64,000 bases of DNA from Myxococcota bacterium (GCA_040260805.1 JBDQPD010000001.1:9048-73047), one strand, 5' to 3'. Shown: positions 26,066 through 36,231, counted from the first letter of the stretch. Notes: generated by a model not told the origin, from the sequence alone. Translations and numbers: made by a program.

Positions 26066-27649
26066 GTGTTCACTCCACTTCTTGTTCAGTTTAATCCCCT
26101 AGTGGGCGATCTTAAAGGCAACCGCAGGCGCCTTCAGGCGATGCTGCGCGAAGCAAAAGGCTATCCGCTCGCTATCGTACCCGAATTGGCTTTGACTGGC
26201 TATCCACCCCGAGACCTTCTCGAGGTAGATGGCTTTGTTGAGCGGTGCGTTCTTGAGTTGCGAGAGCTCGCTCAGGAACTGAGCGATTGCGGCCCTGTCA
26301 TCATCGGAGCACCCGCCCCTGCAGAGCGCCCCCCTGGTGTGTTTAATGCAGCATGGTTGCTCAGCTCGGGCGAGGCTAAGGTGGTCGCAACGAAACAGCT
26401 TTTGCCGGCCTATGATGTCTTTGACGAGCCTCGTCATTTTGTGGCTGGCGAGCCGATGCCTGTCCTTAATATTTTAGGCCTTCGTATCGGTGTGACCATC
26501 TGTGAAGATCTATGGCTGGGCGCTGAAGTCGGCGAACAGGGTCGGTATGGGGTATCGCCCGCCGCTCAGCTTGCTGCGGATTGCGATTTGTTGATCAACT
26601 TGTCCGCTAGCCCCTATCGTCGGGGGCGTGCTTTGGAGCGCTTAGAGCAAGCTGCAGCTCTAGCTCGCCGATCAGGCTGCACGCTCGCTATGGTCAACGC
26701 CGTGGGTGGCAATGACGAGCTGATTTTTGATGGGCACAGTTTGGTCACCGATGGACACAATCACCTCGGTCTACCTGGCTTTTTAGAGTGCGCTAAGATC
26801 CCCGGTGCATGGTCGCTTAAAGACGACTTATTCGATCAGGATCGCCAGGCTTTGGTGATGGGATTACGTGATTACGTTCACAAGTGTGGGGCGGATCGTG
26901 TGGTTCTTGGGGTCAGCGGCGGTATTGACTCTGCCTTGGTTGCGGCTTTGGCTGTCGATGCGCTCGGCGCTGATGCGGTCTTAGGTCTAGCGATGCCGAG
27001 TCGGTTTAGTTCTAAGCGCAGCCTCGCTGACGCTCGCTCGCTCGCTGATCAACTTGGAATCGAGTTGCGTGAGATCCACATTGAGACCGCACACCAGGAG
27101 CTGCGTCAGGTGCTGGGCGAGACCCTTGATGTCGCCGGCGTGACCGACGAGAACATCCAGGCTCGCCTGCGCGGGATGATGGTCATGGCGACCTCAAACG
27201 CTGAAGGGCGATTTGCGCTTGCGACGGGCAATAAATCAGAATTAGCGGTCGGGTACTGCACGCTTTACGGCGATATGTGTGGCGCATTGGCGCCCATTGG
27301 CGATCTGTTTAAACGGGACGTCTTTGAGCTCTGTGACCGAGACGACAGGATCCCCAAGAGCATTGTCCAAGCGCCGCCCTCTGCCGAGCTTAGAGCGGAT
27401 CAACGGGATGACGACAGTCTGCCTCCTTACGACCGCCTAGACCCTATTTTGGAAGCTCTATTGGTCGACAAACAGCACCCCTCGGCGATCATCGCTCGCG
27501 GGTTTGATCCTGACGAGGTGACCTTGGCGGTGGGTTTAGTGGACCGCAGTGAATTTAAGAGGCGCCAAGCAGCGCCGGTTTTACGAGTCAGCAAGAAAGC
27601 GTTCGGCATGGGCCGAAGGCAGCCTCTGGCTTGGAAGCGAGGATATTGA
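26066..27649 (+). CDS. nadE: Glutamine-dependent NAD+ synthetase
   Basis: Nitrilase triad PELAL / KQLLP / ICED; SGGIDS, ENIQARLR, TGNKSE, PPSAEL. Confidence 0.95.
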   Translation: MFTPLLVQFNPLVGDLKGNRRRLQAMLREAKGYPLAIVPELALTGYPPRDLLEVDGFVERCVLELRELAQELSDCGPVIIGAPAPAERPPGVFNAAWLLSSGEAKVVATKQLLPAYDVFDEPRHFVAGEPMPVLNILGLRIGVTICEDLWLGAEVGEQGRYGVSPAAQLAADCDLLINLSASPYRRGRALERLEQAAALARRSGCTLAMVNAVGGNDELIFDGHSLVTDGHNHLGLPGFLECAKIPGAWSLKDDLFDQDRQALVMGLRDYVHKCGADRVVLGVSGGIDSALVAALAVDALGADAVLGLAMPSRFSSKRSLADARSLADQLGIELREIHIETAHQELRQVLGETLDVAGVTDENIQARLRGMMVMATSNAEGRFALATGNKSELAVGYCTLYGDMCGALAPIGDLFKRDVFELCDRDDRIPKSIVQAPPSAELRADQRDDDSLPPYDRLDPILEALLVDKQHPSAIIARGFDPDEVTLAVGLVDRSEFKRRQAAPVLRVSKKAFGMGRRQPLAWKRGY

Positions 27650-28218
27650 TGAGTAAGAAACGCGTCGTGACCTTGAGTAAGTTGTACACCCGAAGCGGTG
27701 ATGACGGTTTGACAGGACTCGTTGGCGGCAGGCGCTGCTCCAAGGATGATCTTCGGGTGATCAGTTATGGTGAAGTGGATGAACTCAACGCCTGCATGGG
27801 GCTCTGTGCTCAGCAAGCCCCCGGTGACTTGAGGGGTCTCATTGAGGTCGTTCAACAGCGCTTGTTTGACCTGGGCGCCCACCTCGCTGATGGCCGGCCT
27901 GAGCCTCAATTGGCTATTGATCAAGCGGACATTGACCAGCTCGAGGCTTGGGTTGATTCGGCGCTTGAGGGGCTGCCGGACCTCACCAGCTTCGTCTTGC
28001 CTGGCGGTGGAGAGTTGAGCGCTCGAATGCATCTCGCCCGAACGGTTTGTCGCCGAGCCGAGCGCGCGGTCATCACCTCCCAAACGGTCGCTGAACGCTC
28101 GCCCTTGGCTTTGATCTATCTGAACCGGCTCAGTGACCTCCTTTTTGCTTGGAGTCGCCTCGCCGCTCATCAAGAGGGTCACGCCGAGCTCCTTTGGGTT
28201 CCCAAACAAAAGGATTAA
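27649..28218 (+). CDS. Cob(I)alamin adenosyltransferase, PduO type
   Basis: YTRSGDDG, YGEVDELN, RTVCRRAER, YLNRLSD; TGATG overlap with nadE. Confidence 0.92.
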   Translation: MSKKRVVTLSKLYTRSGDDGLTGLVGGRRCSKDDLRVISYGEVDELNACMGLCAQQAPGDLRGLIEVVQQRLFDLGAHLADGRPEPQLAIDQADIDQLEAWVDSALEGLPDLTSFVLPGGGELSARMHLARTVCRRAERAVITSQTVAERSPLALIYLNRLSDLLFAWSRLAAHQEGHAELLWVPKQKD

Positions 28219-28319
28219 CCACGTCGTCAAGAAAGCGTGCGTTGGCCGCTCCGCCGTCCATCCGATAGTCTTCCTTATGATTTCGGTGCATATCGCCGCT
28301 GCTATTGGAGACTGATTCG

Positions 28320-29222
28320 ATGAATACCAGCCGCATTTTTGCGCTCTGCACCCTTATGTTGGTCAACGCCTGTGGTGGCCCCCCGTCGCCGACCGGCGAA
28401 AGTTGCAATGTGGATTCGGACTGCCCGGAAGCATCGGTGTGTTTCCAGGGGTTGTGCCGAGGCTCTGGCGGCGGAAACAATGGCACCGCTGACGCGGGCG
28501 TGGTCGCTCAGGATTCGGGTTCGACGGCTCAAGACTCGGGTGCTGTGACGCCAGCTGACGCGGGCAATGTCACCCCAGCAGATACTGGTGTTGTCGCTCG
28601 TCCGGACGCAGGCGGCGACGAATGCGCCAACGCCGATTGTCCCTGTGAAGACGAGAGCGATTGCCCGTACACCCATTACTGCAACCGCCGCGACGGTCAG
28701 TGCTCACCTTTGCCTGAGGGCACCTGCCGCGACGACCGCAGCTGCGTCGGCAACTGCAACATCCCCGAAGGTCGCACGGTCGGTCGCTGCGTTGATTGTC
28801 AGGTCGATGCAGACTGCGCAGCCCAGGCGCCGCGCACTCGCTGCCTGAACAACACCTGCCGTCTTCCTGAAGGGCAATGTGAAAACAATGCCGACTGCGC
28901 CAATGGCGAAAATTGTGTTGATGGATCCTGCCAAGGTGGCGGCAACGGTGGGGGTGGTTGTCAGGATGACTCTGATTGCCTCGCTGGCGAGAGTTGCTTA
29001 GCTGGTCAGTGCTTTTCTCCGGGCGGCGGCTTGCCGGGCGGTTGCGCGGAGCACGCGGACTGCGGCGCTGATGAGCAGTGCCTAGCGAACACCTGCCTGA
29101 GTAAGTGCAACGTGGGCAATCTCGGCTTACTGTGCTCGCTCCCTCCTCCAGGGGACGCCCTGTGCATCTGCCAGATCGCTGGCGGTCTGAGTTGCAATCA
29201 GACCACGGGTTACTGCGAGTAA
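28320..29222 (+). CDS. Cys-rich repeat lipoprotein
   Basis: Lipobox VNAC; seven Cxx[DEN/H]x[DS]C repeats; DAG/DSG linker repeats; SD GGAG. Confidence 0.8.
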   Translation: MNTSRIFALCTLMLVNACGGPPSPTGESCNVDSDCPEASVCFQGLCRGSGGGNNGTADAGVVAQDSGSTAQDSGAVTPADAGNVTPADTGVVARPDAGGDECANADCPCEDESDCPYTHYCNRRDGQCSPLPEGTCRDDRSCVGNCNIPEGRTVGRCVDCQVDADCAAQAPRTRCLNNTCRLPEGQCENNADCANGENCVDGSCQGGGNGGGGCQDDSDCLAGESCLAGQCFSPGGGLPGGCAEHADCGADEQCLANTCLSKCNVGNLGLLCSLPPPGDALCICQIAGGLSCNQTTGYCE

Positions 29223-29223
29223 G

Positions 29224-29583
29224 CTAAGGCATCGCCAAGGTCACACAAAAGCCTTGAGCCTGCCGCAGCAGGCGCAACGGTAGCCGCGCTCGTGAGGTTT
29301 CGATCTCGAGATCGACAAAGTCCGGCGCGGACTCAACGACGGTCATCCGATCGATGCCCCCGTAGCGCCCAGCGAGCCTTTTGAGAAACACCTTAGGGGC
29401 TTCTCCAGAGCTATGCAGCCCGAGACTTGATAAGCGCTCCTGTGCGTCGGCGCAGAGCTGCTCATAGGCTTGATCAGCGCGCCCTTCGGCGAGATCTCGA
29501 AGCCAGTTAGCGGCAAAGGTCTCGGGGTCGGGCTTGCTCGAGCACCCTAGAGTCAAGACAAGACTGACCCATAGGATACGCAT
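29224..29583 (-). CDS. Small lipoprotein, possibly NTF2-like
   Basis: MRILW start coupled to the MMPL stop (TGATG); lipobox LGC; P..FA..W..AY..L pattern. Confidence 0.65.
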   Translation of the reverse strand: MRILWVSLVLTLGCSSKPDPETFAANWLRDLAEGRADQAYEQLCADAQERLSSLGLHSSGEAPKVFLKRLAGRYGGIDRMTVVESAPDFVDLEIETSRARLPLRLLRQAQGFCVTLAMP

Positions 29584-32078
29584 CAGGACGCTTTTCGTTG
29601 CCGCCACCGCTCACTGACGGCGAGGATAGCGGGGAGTGTTAGCAGATCCGCAAGCAGCGCGAGGCTAATACAGATGGCCGATAGATTACCAAAGTCTCGC
29701 AGACCATTGAACTCGCTCGGGATGAGCATCGAGAACCCCATCACCAACATCATCGTCGTAAAGACGACGGGTCGTCCGGCGTGCAGGATCGTGGCGTTCA
29801 GGCTCTGATCAAAATCCTGCGTTTTCTGCTCTTGGCGAAATCGCACTAAGAAGTGGATCGTGTCATCCACCACCACGCCCATGCACATGGCAAAGATAAT
29901 CACCGTCGAGATACGCAGACTCAGCCCTGTAATGCTCATGATCCCCATGGTCAGGACCAAGGGCAGTAGGTTCGGCATCATCGCGAGCACGCCCTGCCGC
30001 ACTGATCGAAGGACAATCACGAACATAACTCCAATGAGCGCAAAGGCGAGCAACAAGCTGGTCATCATGTCAACGACGACGGCTTCTACGGCTCGATTAG
30101 CTAGTTTACTGCCTCCGGTTAGGGTCCCATTGACCGCGCCAGGCCAGGCGCTGAGTTCTTCTTCTATCCATTTAATATCATGCGAAAAAAGTGAGGACCC
30201 CGAGTCTTTCTTGAGCGCCCCAATACGAACCGCCACGACCCGATCAGCCGACAACTTTGCAGCCGTCTTGAGCTCGACCGGCGACTCGTTCACCTCATCG
30301 TCTTCGATGATCATTTCGTCATCATCGCCGCCCAACGCATCCTCCAAGACCGACACCTGATCGGCTTGTGGATCATCAAGATAAGGCCGAGTCATCAGAT
30401 CATCATCGAGCACCATCAGCGCCAGGAGGGCTTCGATCTGATCCTGGCGCTTGGGCAGCGCTTTTCGGTCGCCAGCTTGGTTTGAGTCCCACAGGCCGTG
30501 AAGACTCCCTATGAGATCAGCGAGGCTTAGACTCTTGATTCCCGCTGGGCTCTTATCCAGGCGCTCCTGGAGCGCCGCCATGCGCGCAAGGTTCGCCGGA
30601 CTGATCAATTCGTTGCGGGGTCCTTCGAGGACGATATCAAAAGGCATAGCGCCCATGAAATCTCGCTCTAGATTAGTCAGAGCTTGCTGCGCAGGGTGAT
30701 CCTCTTGGATCTCTTCAAGCGCTCTCGAGAAGGGCGTGATCTGACTTGAGAACGCAACCCCTGCGATAAAGAGCACCGCCGAAACCACAGTGATGGCTCC
30801 AGGTCGAGCCCGCACGAACCGACTGACCGCAGGAAGCACGACCCGATTAAGCCAGCGGTCTTCGTTGCTTTGACGGTTTCCGGGTTTCGGGGGAGCGATC
30901 AACAACAGCGCAGGCACTACGCTGAGGGTGAAAAACCAGGCCAGCGCAATGCCGCAGGCAGCCGCAAGCCCATAGGCACGGACGAGTTCGACACGCGCCA
31001 CACCGAGCGAGGCAAAGCCGATCACCGTAGTCGCGGTCGTTAGGGAGATGGCGGGAAGCATAGCTCGCCAGCCCTCAAGCAGCGCCTGATAGGGGGGCTG
31101 ATTTTGGTCTAGACCCTCTTCCACGCGCGTCACCAAGTGTATCGCATCACCAATCCCAATCACCAAGATCACGGTGACCGTTGAGAAGTTGATGATGTTG
31201 ATGGCGCCGCCCGTAAGCTTCATCAGACCGAGCCACCAAATGCTGGCGAGCGCGACGCTCAAAAACGGCAGCAAGGCGTAGCGAAGCCGCCGAAACGCTA
31301 GCCATAAAAACACCACCATGCCGATGCCGACTAAAGGCTGTCGTCCGACGAGCTCAGCGCGCATCGTTCGGATGATATCGTTTTGAATGTAGGGGATCCC
31401 GGTCGTTTGAACCGAAACCTTTGGGTAATCCTTTTGCCAGCCACGCAGCAAGGTCCGGAGCTTTTCGAGGTAGCGCATACGCACCGCGTCGCTCCGAAGG
31501 TCGCAATGCACCCTTGCCATCACGAGGGTTGAGCGCCCGTTGTCGCTGATTAATCGCCCCTTGAGCAGAGGGTGTCCCATCAGCTCTTTTTCAGTTCGCT
31601 CGGCGGATCCAAACCCTGTATCTTCATAGAGCGGTTCGATCTGGACCGTCTCGTTACGTCGCCGAAAAACGCTGGCGTTGCTCAGGCTTTGGATGCGGTC
31701 GAACGCGCCGCCATCGTTGTTCCCAGGGTTGCTGCACCCTTCGAGACGGCGCAGGGGTTCATCGTCGGCATCGAAGGCTAGTTTTTCGATGCGCTGATGC
31801 AGGTTGCGTAAAGCCTCGAGGGTTTCGGGCTCAAACCAAGTATCTTGGGTCAATGAGAGCAAGACGATGGCGTCGCTGTCGTCTTCGGAAAAGCGCTCTT
31901 TGACTCGCTCTAAAATCTCTTGGTCTTTACCATCTTGAACGAAGAGTTTGTTGACCGTGAAATCAAAGGGGACACTGATCGCAGCAGGCACGAAGACCAA
32001 AGCCGTGAGCAGCACCACAGCGCACAAGACACCCCAGGCGAGCAGCAAGGCTTTGCGAGGCGTTTGAGGCGGGGGCAT
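29583..32078 (-). CDS. MMPL/RND-family membrane transporter
   Basis: Two repeats of one TM, a large loop and five TMs; GIGDAIH and GVVVDDTIHF motifs. Confidence 0.9.
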   Translation of the reverse strand: MPPPQTPRKALLLAWGVLCAVVLLTALVFVPAAISVPFDFTVNKLFVQDGKDQEILERVKERFSEDDSDAIVLLSLTQDTWFEPETLEALRNLHQRIEKLAFDADDEPLRRLEGCSNPGNNDGGAFDRIQSLSNASVFRRRNETVQIEPLYEDTGFGSAERTEKELMGHPLLKGRLISDNGRSTLVMARVHCDLRSDAVRMRYLEKLRTLLRGWQKDYPKVSVQTTGIPYIQNDIIRTMRAELVGRQPLVGIGMVVFLWLAFRRLRYALLPFLSVALASIWWLGLMKLTGGAINIINFSTVTVILVIGIGDAIHLVTRVEEGLDQNQPPYQALLEGWRAMLPAISLTTATTVIGFASLGVARVELVRAYGLAAACGIALAWFFTLSVVPALLLIAPPKPGNRQSNEDRWLNRVVLPAVSRFVRARPGAITVVSAVLFIAGVAFSSQITPFSRALEEIQEDHPAQQALTNLERDFMGAMPFDIVLEGPRNELISPANLARMAALQERLDKSPAGIKSLSLADLIGSLHGLWDSNQAGDRKALPKRQDQIEALLALMVLDDDLMTRPYLDDPQADQVSVLEDALGGDDDEMIIEDDEVNESPVELKTAAKLSADRVVAVRIGALKKDSGSSLFSHDIKWIEEELSAWPGAVNGTLTGGSKLANRAVEAVVVDMMTSLLLAFALIGVMFVIVLRSVRQGVLAMMPNLLPLVLTMGIMSITGLSLRISTVIIFAMCMGVVVDDTIHFLVRFRQEQKTQDFDQSLNATILHAGRPVVFTTMMLVMGFSMLIPSEFNGLRDFGNLSAICISLALLADLLTLPAILAVSERWRQRKAS

Positions 32079-32087
32079 GACCGAAGA

Positions 32088-33899
32088 TCAGCGCTCGATG
32101 ATCTTGAATTCAACGCGACGGTTTTTAGCACGAGCAGCCTTAGTTCTGGCTTTCTCTATCGGCCGTATTTCACCAAAGCCGATGGCATCGAGAGCATCAG
32201 CAGAGACGCCTTTGCTCACCAAATAGTCTCGCACCGCATCCGCACGCTTTTGAGATAAGCGCATGTTCGAGCTCGCCGCACCGACGTCATCGGTATGTCC
32301 CTCAACGAGCACCTTGCCGATCTTGTTCGTCACGATCGCATCAGCGACTTGATCAAGCATCTCAAAGCTCGCTTTGAGCACCTTGGACCGACCGGTTCTA
32401 AAGCGAACCTTTTGGCTGATTTCGATCCGCTCTTTGGTCACCTTGATCAGCGTGTACTTCTTATCAGGGCAGCCATCCTCATCGGTGACACCGTTGATGG
32501 TTTCGGGCTGCATCGGGCAACGATCATCGGCGTCTTTGATACCGTCTTTGTCGTTGTCGTAGTCCGGGCACCCGTCTTCATCTTCGAACTGGTCGCGGTC
32601 TTCTTTGTCGTTCGGGCATTTATCGACCTCGTCTTGGAAGCCGTCTTGATCGTTATCAAGGTCCGGACAGCCGTCTAAGTCTTCAAAGCCGTCGCGGTCT
32701 TCGGCGACCGTCGGACATTTATCCGTGGTGTCCGGGACACCGTCGGCGTCGTTGTCGCGGTCTGGGCAGCCATCTTCGTCTTTGAACCCGTCTTTGTCTT
32801 CAGGGTCTGTCGGGCAGCGATCGTCGCGATCTAAGATTCCGTCGTTATCCGAGTCGGCGTCTTCTTCTTCTGGGCAACCATCGTTGTCTTGATAGCCGTC
32901 GAAGTCTTCAGGTTTGTTCGGACATTTGTCTTCGTCGTCTAAGAAGCCATCGCCGTCTTTGTCAGGCGGTGGGCAGCCTTTGTGCTTCCGCAAGCCTGGG
33001 ATCTCTGGGCAGGCATCTTCGACGTCAAGAACGCCATCGTTATCCGAATCTTTTTTCGGGATGATGACTTTCTTGGGTGTTTTGGGTTTTGGCGCACAGG
33101 GGCGTGACTCTTCACGGGTGCGGACCGCTAATGTGCCGGCCTTTTGAGCCGACTTTTTAGCTTCGAACCAAAGCCCTAGCTTGATGGAGACCCGAGCAAA
33201 CTCGGCATGAGCTTCGGCTTCCGCCAGTGACTTGGGTGCGCAACGGATTGCTCCGCTTCCACGCGCTTGCTCTAGAATCTCTTCGTACGCTTTAATCTGC
33301 GCTAGCAGTCGAGCCGTACCACCACCACCGGTAGACTCGGTGGTTGCGATGAGTCGGTTGGCGCGACGATCTTCGACCTCTTTGCACAAGATCGGCCGGT
33401 CCCAGTAGGTGCTGCTCTGGGCTAAACCAGCCAGCTTACGAAGTTCTGTTCCCACCGCCTGCAGGCGGTCGCCGGATGTTGAGACGGCATCTCGGGCAAG
33501 ATTGACTCGTGCGATTTTAGCGCCTGATAAAGCCGACTTCTGACTCGCTTGTTCGAGATCTCCCGACACCGTTTTGAGCGTACTTTGCATGGCCTTAACG
33601 CCACCCATACCCTCATTGAGCTTTTGCAGGCCACCGCGCAAACCAGGGGGGAGCTCGTCGAGCTTTGATTCATCGATTTTGAATCGCTTCTCATCGACTT
33701 TGATGATGCCCCTAAGTGCGCTGGCTTGATCGGCTAGATCGTGGAGCGCACAGGTCGCCTCTTCCATATCCTCAAGCGGCTTGAGCGCCTTGAAAGCCTT
33801 GGCATACGGCTCGTCGATGGACGGGTCGCCGACCGAGCGATAGGGAGAAACAGTTGAGCAACCTGCGAGGGTAAGCAGGCAAAGCGAAAGCCTTACCAT
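32088..33899 (-). CDS. Lipoprotein: helical N-domain, DUF4398-like segment, TSP3 repeats, OmpA-like PG-binding domain
   Basis: Lipobox LAGC; CAPKSLAEAE; DxDxDG..D.CP repeats; VEGHTD, NMRLSQKRA, NRRVEF. Confidence 0.88.
   Translation of the reverse strand: MVRLSLCLLTLAGCSTVSPYRSVGDPSIDEPYAKAFKALKPLEDMEEATCALHDLADQASALRGIIKVDEKRFKIDESKLDELPPGLRGGLQKLNEGMGGVKAMQSTLKTVSGDLEQASQKSALSGAKIARVNLARDAVSTSGDRLQAVGTELRKLAGLAQSSTYWDRPILCKEVEDRRANRLIATTESTGGGGTARLLAQIKAYEEILEQARGSGAIRCAPKSLAEAEAHAEFARVSIKLGLWFEAKKSAQKAGTLAVRTREESRPCAPKPKTPKKVIIPKKDSDNDGVLDVEDACPEIPGLRKHKGCPPPDKDGDGFLDDEDKCPNKPEDFDGYQDNDGCPEEEDADSDNDGILDRDDRCPTDPEDKDGFKDEDGCPDRDNDADGVPDTTDKCPTVAEDRDGFEDLDGCPDLDNDQDGFQDEVDKCPNDKEDRDQFEDEDGCPDYDNDKDGIKDADDRCPMQPETINGVTDEDGCPDKKYTLIKVTKERIEISQKVRFRTGRSKVLKASFEMLDQVADAIVTNKIGKVLVEGHTDDVGAASSNMRLSQKRADAVRDYLVSKGVSADALDAIGFGEIRPIEKARTKAARAKNRRVEFKIIER
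32470..33050 (-). repeat. Thrombospondin type-3 (Ca-binding) protein repeats
   Basis: About eleven alternating DxDxDGxxDxxDxCP / DxDGFxDxDGCP units; boundaries approximate. Confidence 0.85.
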
Positions 33900-34219
33900 T
33901 CGTATTTTCCTTTACGCTTTTTCTGCGTTGCAGGTCGGCTGTGCATCCGGCGACGGGTGATATCCAACGCCTTGCTCGCTCGGATCAGCGCCAGCCCAGC
34001 GAACTCGCTTGCGAACTGGTACTCACTGTGACCGTCATATTCTCGAGCCTTTTTAAGAAACAACTCAGCGCTCGAATACCAATAGGGAGCGAAGCGCTGG
34101 GCGTTGAGCAGCCTAGCTTCTTCAAGCGCGGCATCCGCTGCCACGATATTGCTGGTGGCGATCACGGGTCCACATGCCGACAGTGAACACAACAAAGCAA
34201 TAACGAGCGCTCGACGCAT
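33893..34219 (-). CDS. DUF4398-like lipoprotein
   Basis: Lipobox LSAC; A..ALEEAR...A..APY.Y..AE.FL.KAR; upstream of the OmpA gene. Confidence 0.75.
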   Translation of the reverse strand: MRRALVIALLCSLSACGPVIATSNIVAADAALEEARLLNAQRFAPYWYSSAELFLKKAREYDGHSEYQFASEFAGLALIRASKALDITRRRMHSRPATQKKRKGKYEW

Positions 34220-34243
34220 AGCTTCCCCTTATTGGGCTTCCCT

Positions 34244-35374
34244 TTAGGGGCTTTCCACGGGGGTGAGCAAGCCTTCAGAAATGATTCCTAAATAAGCATC
34301 ATGCAGAACGACCCGCCAGGGCTCCCCATCAAAGTTGATCGTTGGAACGCCCCAGCTGTCCGCGTAGTCTGGCGGACGACCGGCGCTGGCTCGAGCGAAT
34401 GTGCCTAGTGGGTATCCTTGATCCTGGGCATTAAGAATATACACGCTGGTCTGGGGTAAGGCGTCAGCGCCTTCGCCTAAGCGCAGGGGATCAAAGACCA
34501 GCACATGCCGAGCCGGTGTCGCTCGAACGTTCTCGATGACCGCAACGGTTCCATTGAGAATGTACGATCCAGCAAAGCGCTGATCCATCTCGGCGCGCCA
34601 CACCACACAGCGCTCGCAGTCACCGCAGCTGGTGGTCGAGCGACCCCGAAAGCACACCATCCGCTCGCCGTCGCGGCCGCAGCGTGTTTCGCCGGTTCCG
34701 CACTGATCTAAACCGCTTGAGCACGGACCGCCGGGAGAGCAGAACCGACCAGAAAACGGATTGTTCTCATCTTGCATGCAGACGGCTCGACAGAACCCGC
34801 CAGGAGTGCAGGTGTGTCCTTCGCTGCAGTCTCCATCATTCGCACAAGGTTGATTAGGATTAACACAATCCGAATCATCTAGGCATTGCTTCGCGTTCGC
34901 AGTGATCCGTGAGGCGCACCCTCCGCAGACGTTGCGAGGGTTGTCATCGGGGCAGATCGTTGCGGTCGCATCAGCGTTACAAATGACCGTCCCGCAACCG
35001 TGAGCCCCACAGGTTTCGCCGGGCTGGCCAGCGCTGTCATCAAGCTCTTCGCAGCCTCCACAGATGTTCGCTTCATCAAAGAAACACTCGAGCGTCCCCT
35101 CGGTGGAGCACAGATATTGACCGCAGCCGGTCTGGCCGCAGGTGTCTCCGTAGGCGCAGCCCTCTTCGGGGCAGTCAGGACCGAAAATAACGGTGTTGCG
35201 ATCACAGGGAGGCTCGACCGGTCCAGTGTCCGGCGCGGGGCCAGTGTCGATGACGCCGGCTTCAGGCTCGCCCGCATCAACAGCAGCGTCCGGTTGGCCG
35301 ACATCAACGATCACGCCCGCATCTGGAGCTGGGGGTTCTGGGATGCAGGCGCTTGCGAGCGCCAGGATGCATAC
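34244..35374 (-). CDS. Cys-rich lipoprotein
   Basis: Lipobox ASAC; PDAG linker; repeated G.TCG..GCG / N.CGGC units. In-frame start not resolved (ORF track gives 35386). Confidence 0.7.
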   Translation of the reverse strand, partial: VCILALASACIPEPPAPDAGVIVDVGQPDAAVDAGEPEAGVIDTGPAPDTGPVEPPCDRNTVIFGPDCPEEGCAYGDTCGQTGCGQYLCSTEGTLECFFDEANICGGCEELDDSAGQPGETCGAHGCGTVICNADATATICPDDNPRNVCGGCASRITANAKQCLDDSDCVNPNQPCANDGDCSEGHTCTPGGFCRAVCMQDENNPFSGRFCSPGGPCSSGLDQCGTGETRCGRDGERMVCFRGRSTTSCGDCERCVVWRAEMDQRFAGSYILNGTVAVIENVRATPARHVLVFDPLRLGEGADALPQTSVYILNAQDQGYPLGTFARASAGRPPDYADSWGVPTINFDGEPWRVVLHDAYLGIISEGLLTPVESP

Positions 35375-35382
35375 TAATCGAT

Positions 35383-36231
35383 TCAAGGACGATCTCCGTC
35401 TGCGGCTGATGAAGACTCTACATCGGCTGGCTTGGTCTTTCCAGCGCCTGGCGATGCAGCGCGAATCCAGCGTAGCGCTCGAGCCCGCACTTTAGCTTCT
35501 CGATCCGTCTTTGGCTTGATCTTTTCAAGGCGCGCCAGGTGAGCGTTTGTCCCGACATGACCCAGCCCTATCCATAAGGTGATGCGTCTCGTTTGTGGGG
35601 CATCGTTTGCTTCGAGTGACCGGGCCCAGTCGTCTACGCGCAGGGTGCTACCCTCCCGGATGAGTCGCTCCATTTTGCTGTGTGGTGTTGGTCGTTGAGC
35701 GGGGGCGTTTAGAGCGGCCTCGATCGCAGCGCTAACTAAAGCGGGTAAGGTCCGGATCAAAGCCTGGTTATCGGCCTGCCTGGCCAGTTTGAGTTCGGCA
35801 CGGCCTTCCATCGCCCGAAGCGTTGTGGTTCGATCGTTTCCTACGACTTCGACGACGACTCGACATGCGCATGATGGGCTCGAGCCACCCCGGCAGCCGA
35901 CGATCACACCCTGCAAACGTAAGCTGATGATACCCATTTGGCGCTTGGGCTTGAGTTGAGCATCAATCACCGAACGGAGCTCTTTTTGGGTCGCCTGGTC
36001 GTCGAGATCTTGGATGGCGATTTGACCTTCGAAGGGCTCCCATTGGTGAGGGCTAGGGAGGGCTGTTGCGCCTCGCTGAAAGAGGAGGCGCCCGGCTTGG
36101 TTAGGGGTCGTACAGGCACCGAGAAGGAAAACGATGCTGATTCGAGCTAGACTCGACCGCCGAGCGCGCCGATGCCCGGTGAGATCGCTCGCGCTTCGCG
36201 AGGCTGGGGAGCTGATGGTCCGTACATTCAT
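35383..36231 (-). CDS. Hypothetical lipoprotein
   Basis: Hydrophobic IVFLLGAC lipobox after an Arg-rich N-region; stop abuts the next minus-strand gene. Confidence 0.6.
   Translation of the reverse strand: MNVRTISSPASRSASDLTGHRRARRSSLARISIVFLLGACTTPNQAGRLLFQRGATALPSPHQWEPFEGQIAIQDLDDQATQKELRSVIDAQLKPKRQMGIISLRLQGVIVGCRGGSSPSCACRVVVEVVGNDRTTTLRAMEGRAELKLARQADNQALIRTLPALVSAAIEAALNAPAQRPTPHSKMERLIREGSTLRVDDWARSLEANDAPQTRRITLWIGLGHVGTNAHLARLEKIKPKTDREAKVRARALRWIRAASPGAGKTKPADVESSSAADGDRP

Noticed and set aside
27427..28230. 267-aa minus-strand ORF and similar long shadow ORFs (e.g. 58573-59229, 29860-30360)
   Set aside because: They lie antisense to well-supported genes and show no motifs; such ORFs are expected in GC-rich DNA.
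32470..33050. CRISPR-like periodicity
   Set aside because: These are degenerate codon-level repeats of TSP3 units inside a CDS; no identical repeats with unique spacers and no cas genes.
32088..33899. TraB-like outer-membrane-exchange protein with a Cys-rich TraA partner
   Set aside because: TSP3 and OmpA domains match, but the N-terminus is a helical lipoprotein rather than a beta-barrel, and no nearby Cys-rich gene shows a MYXO-CTERM-like tail.
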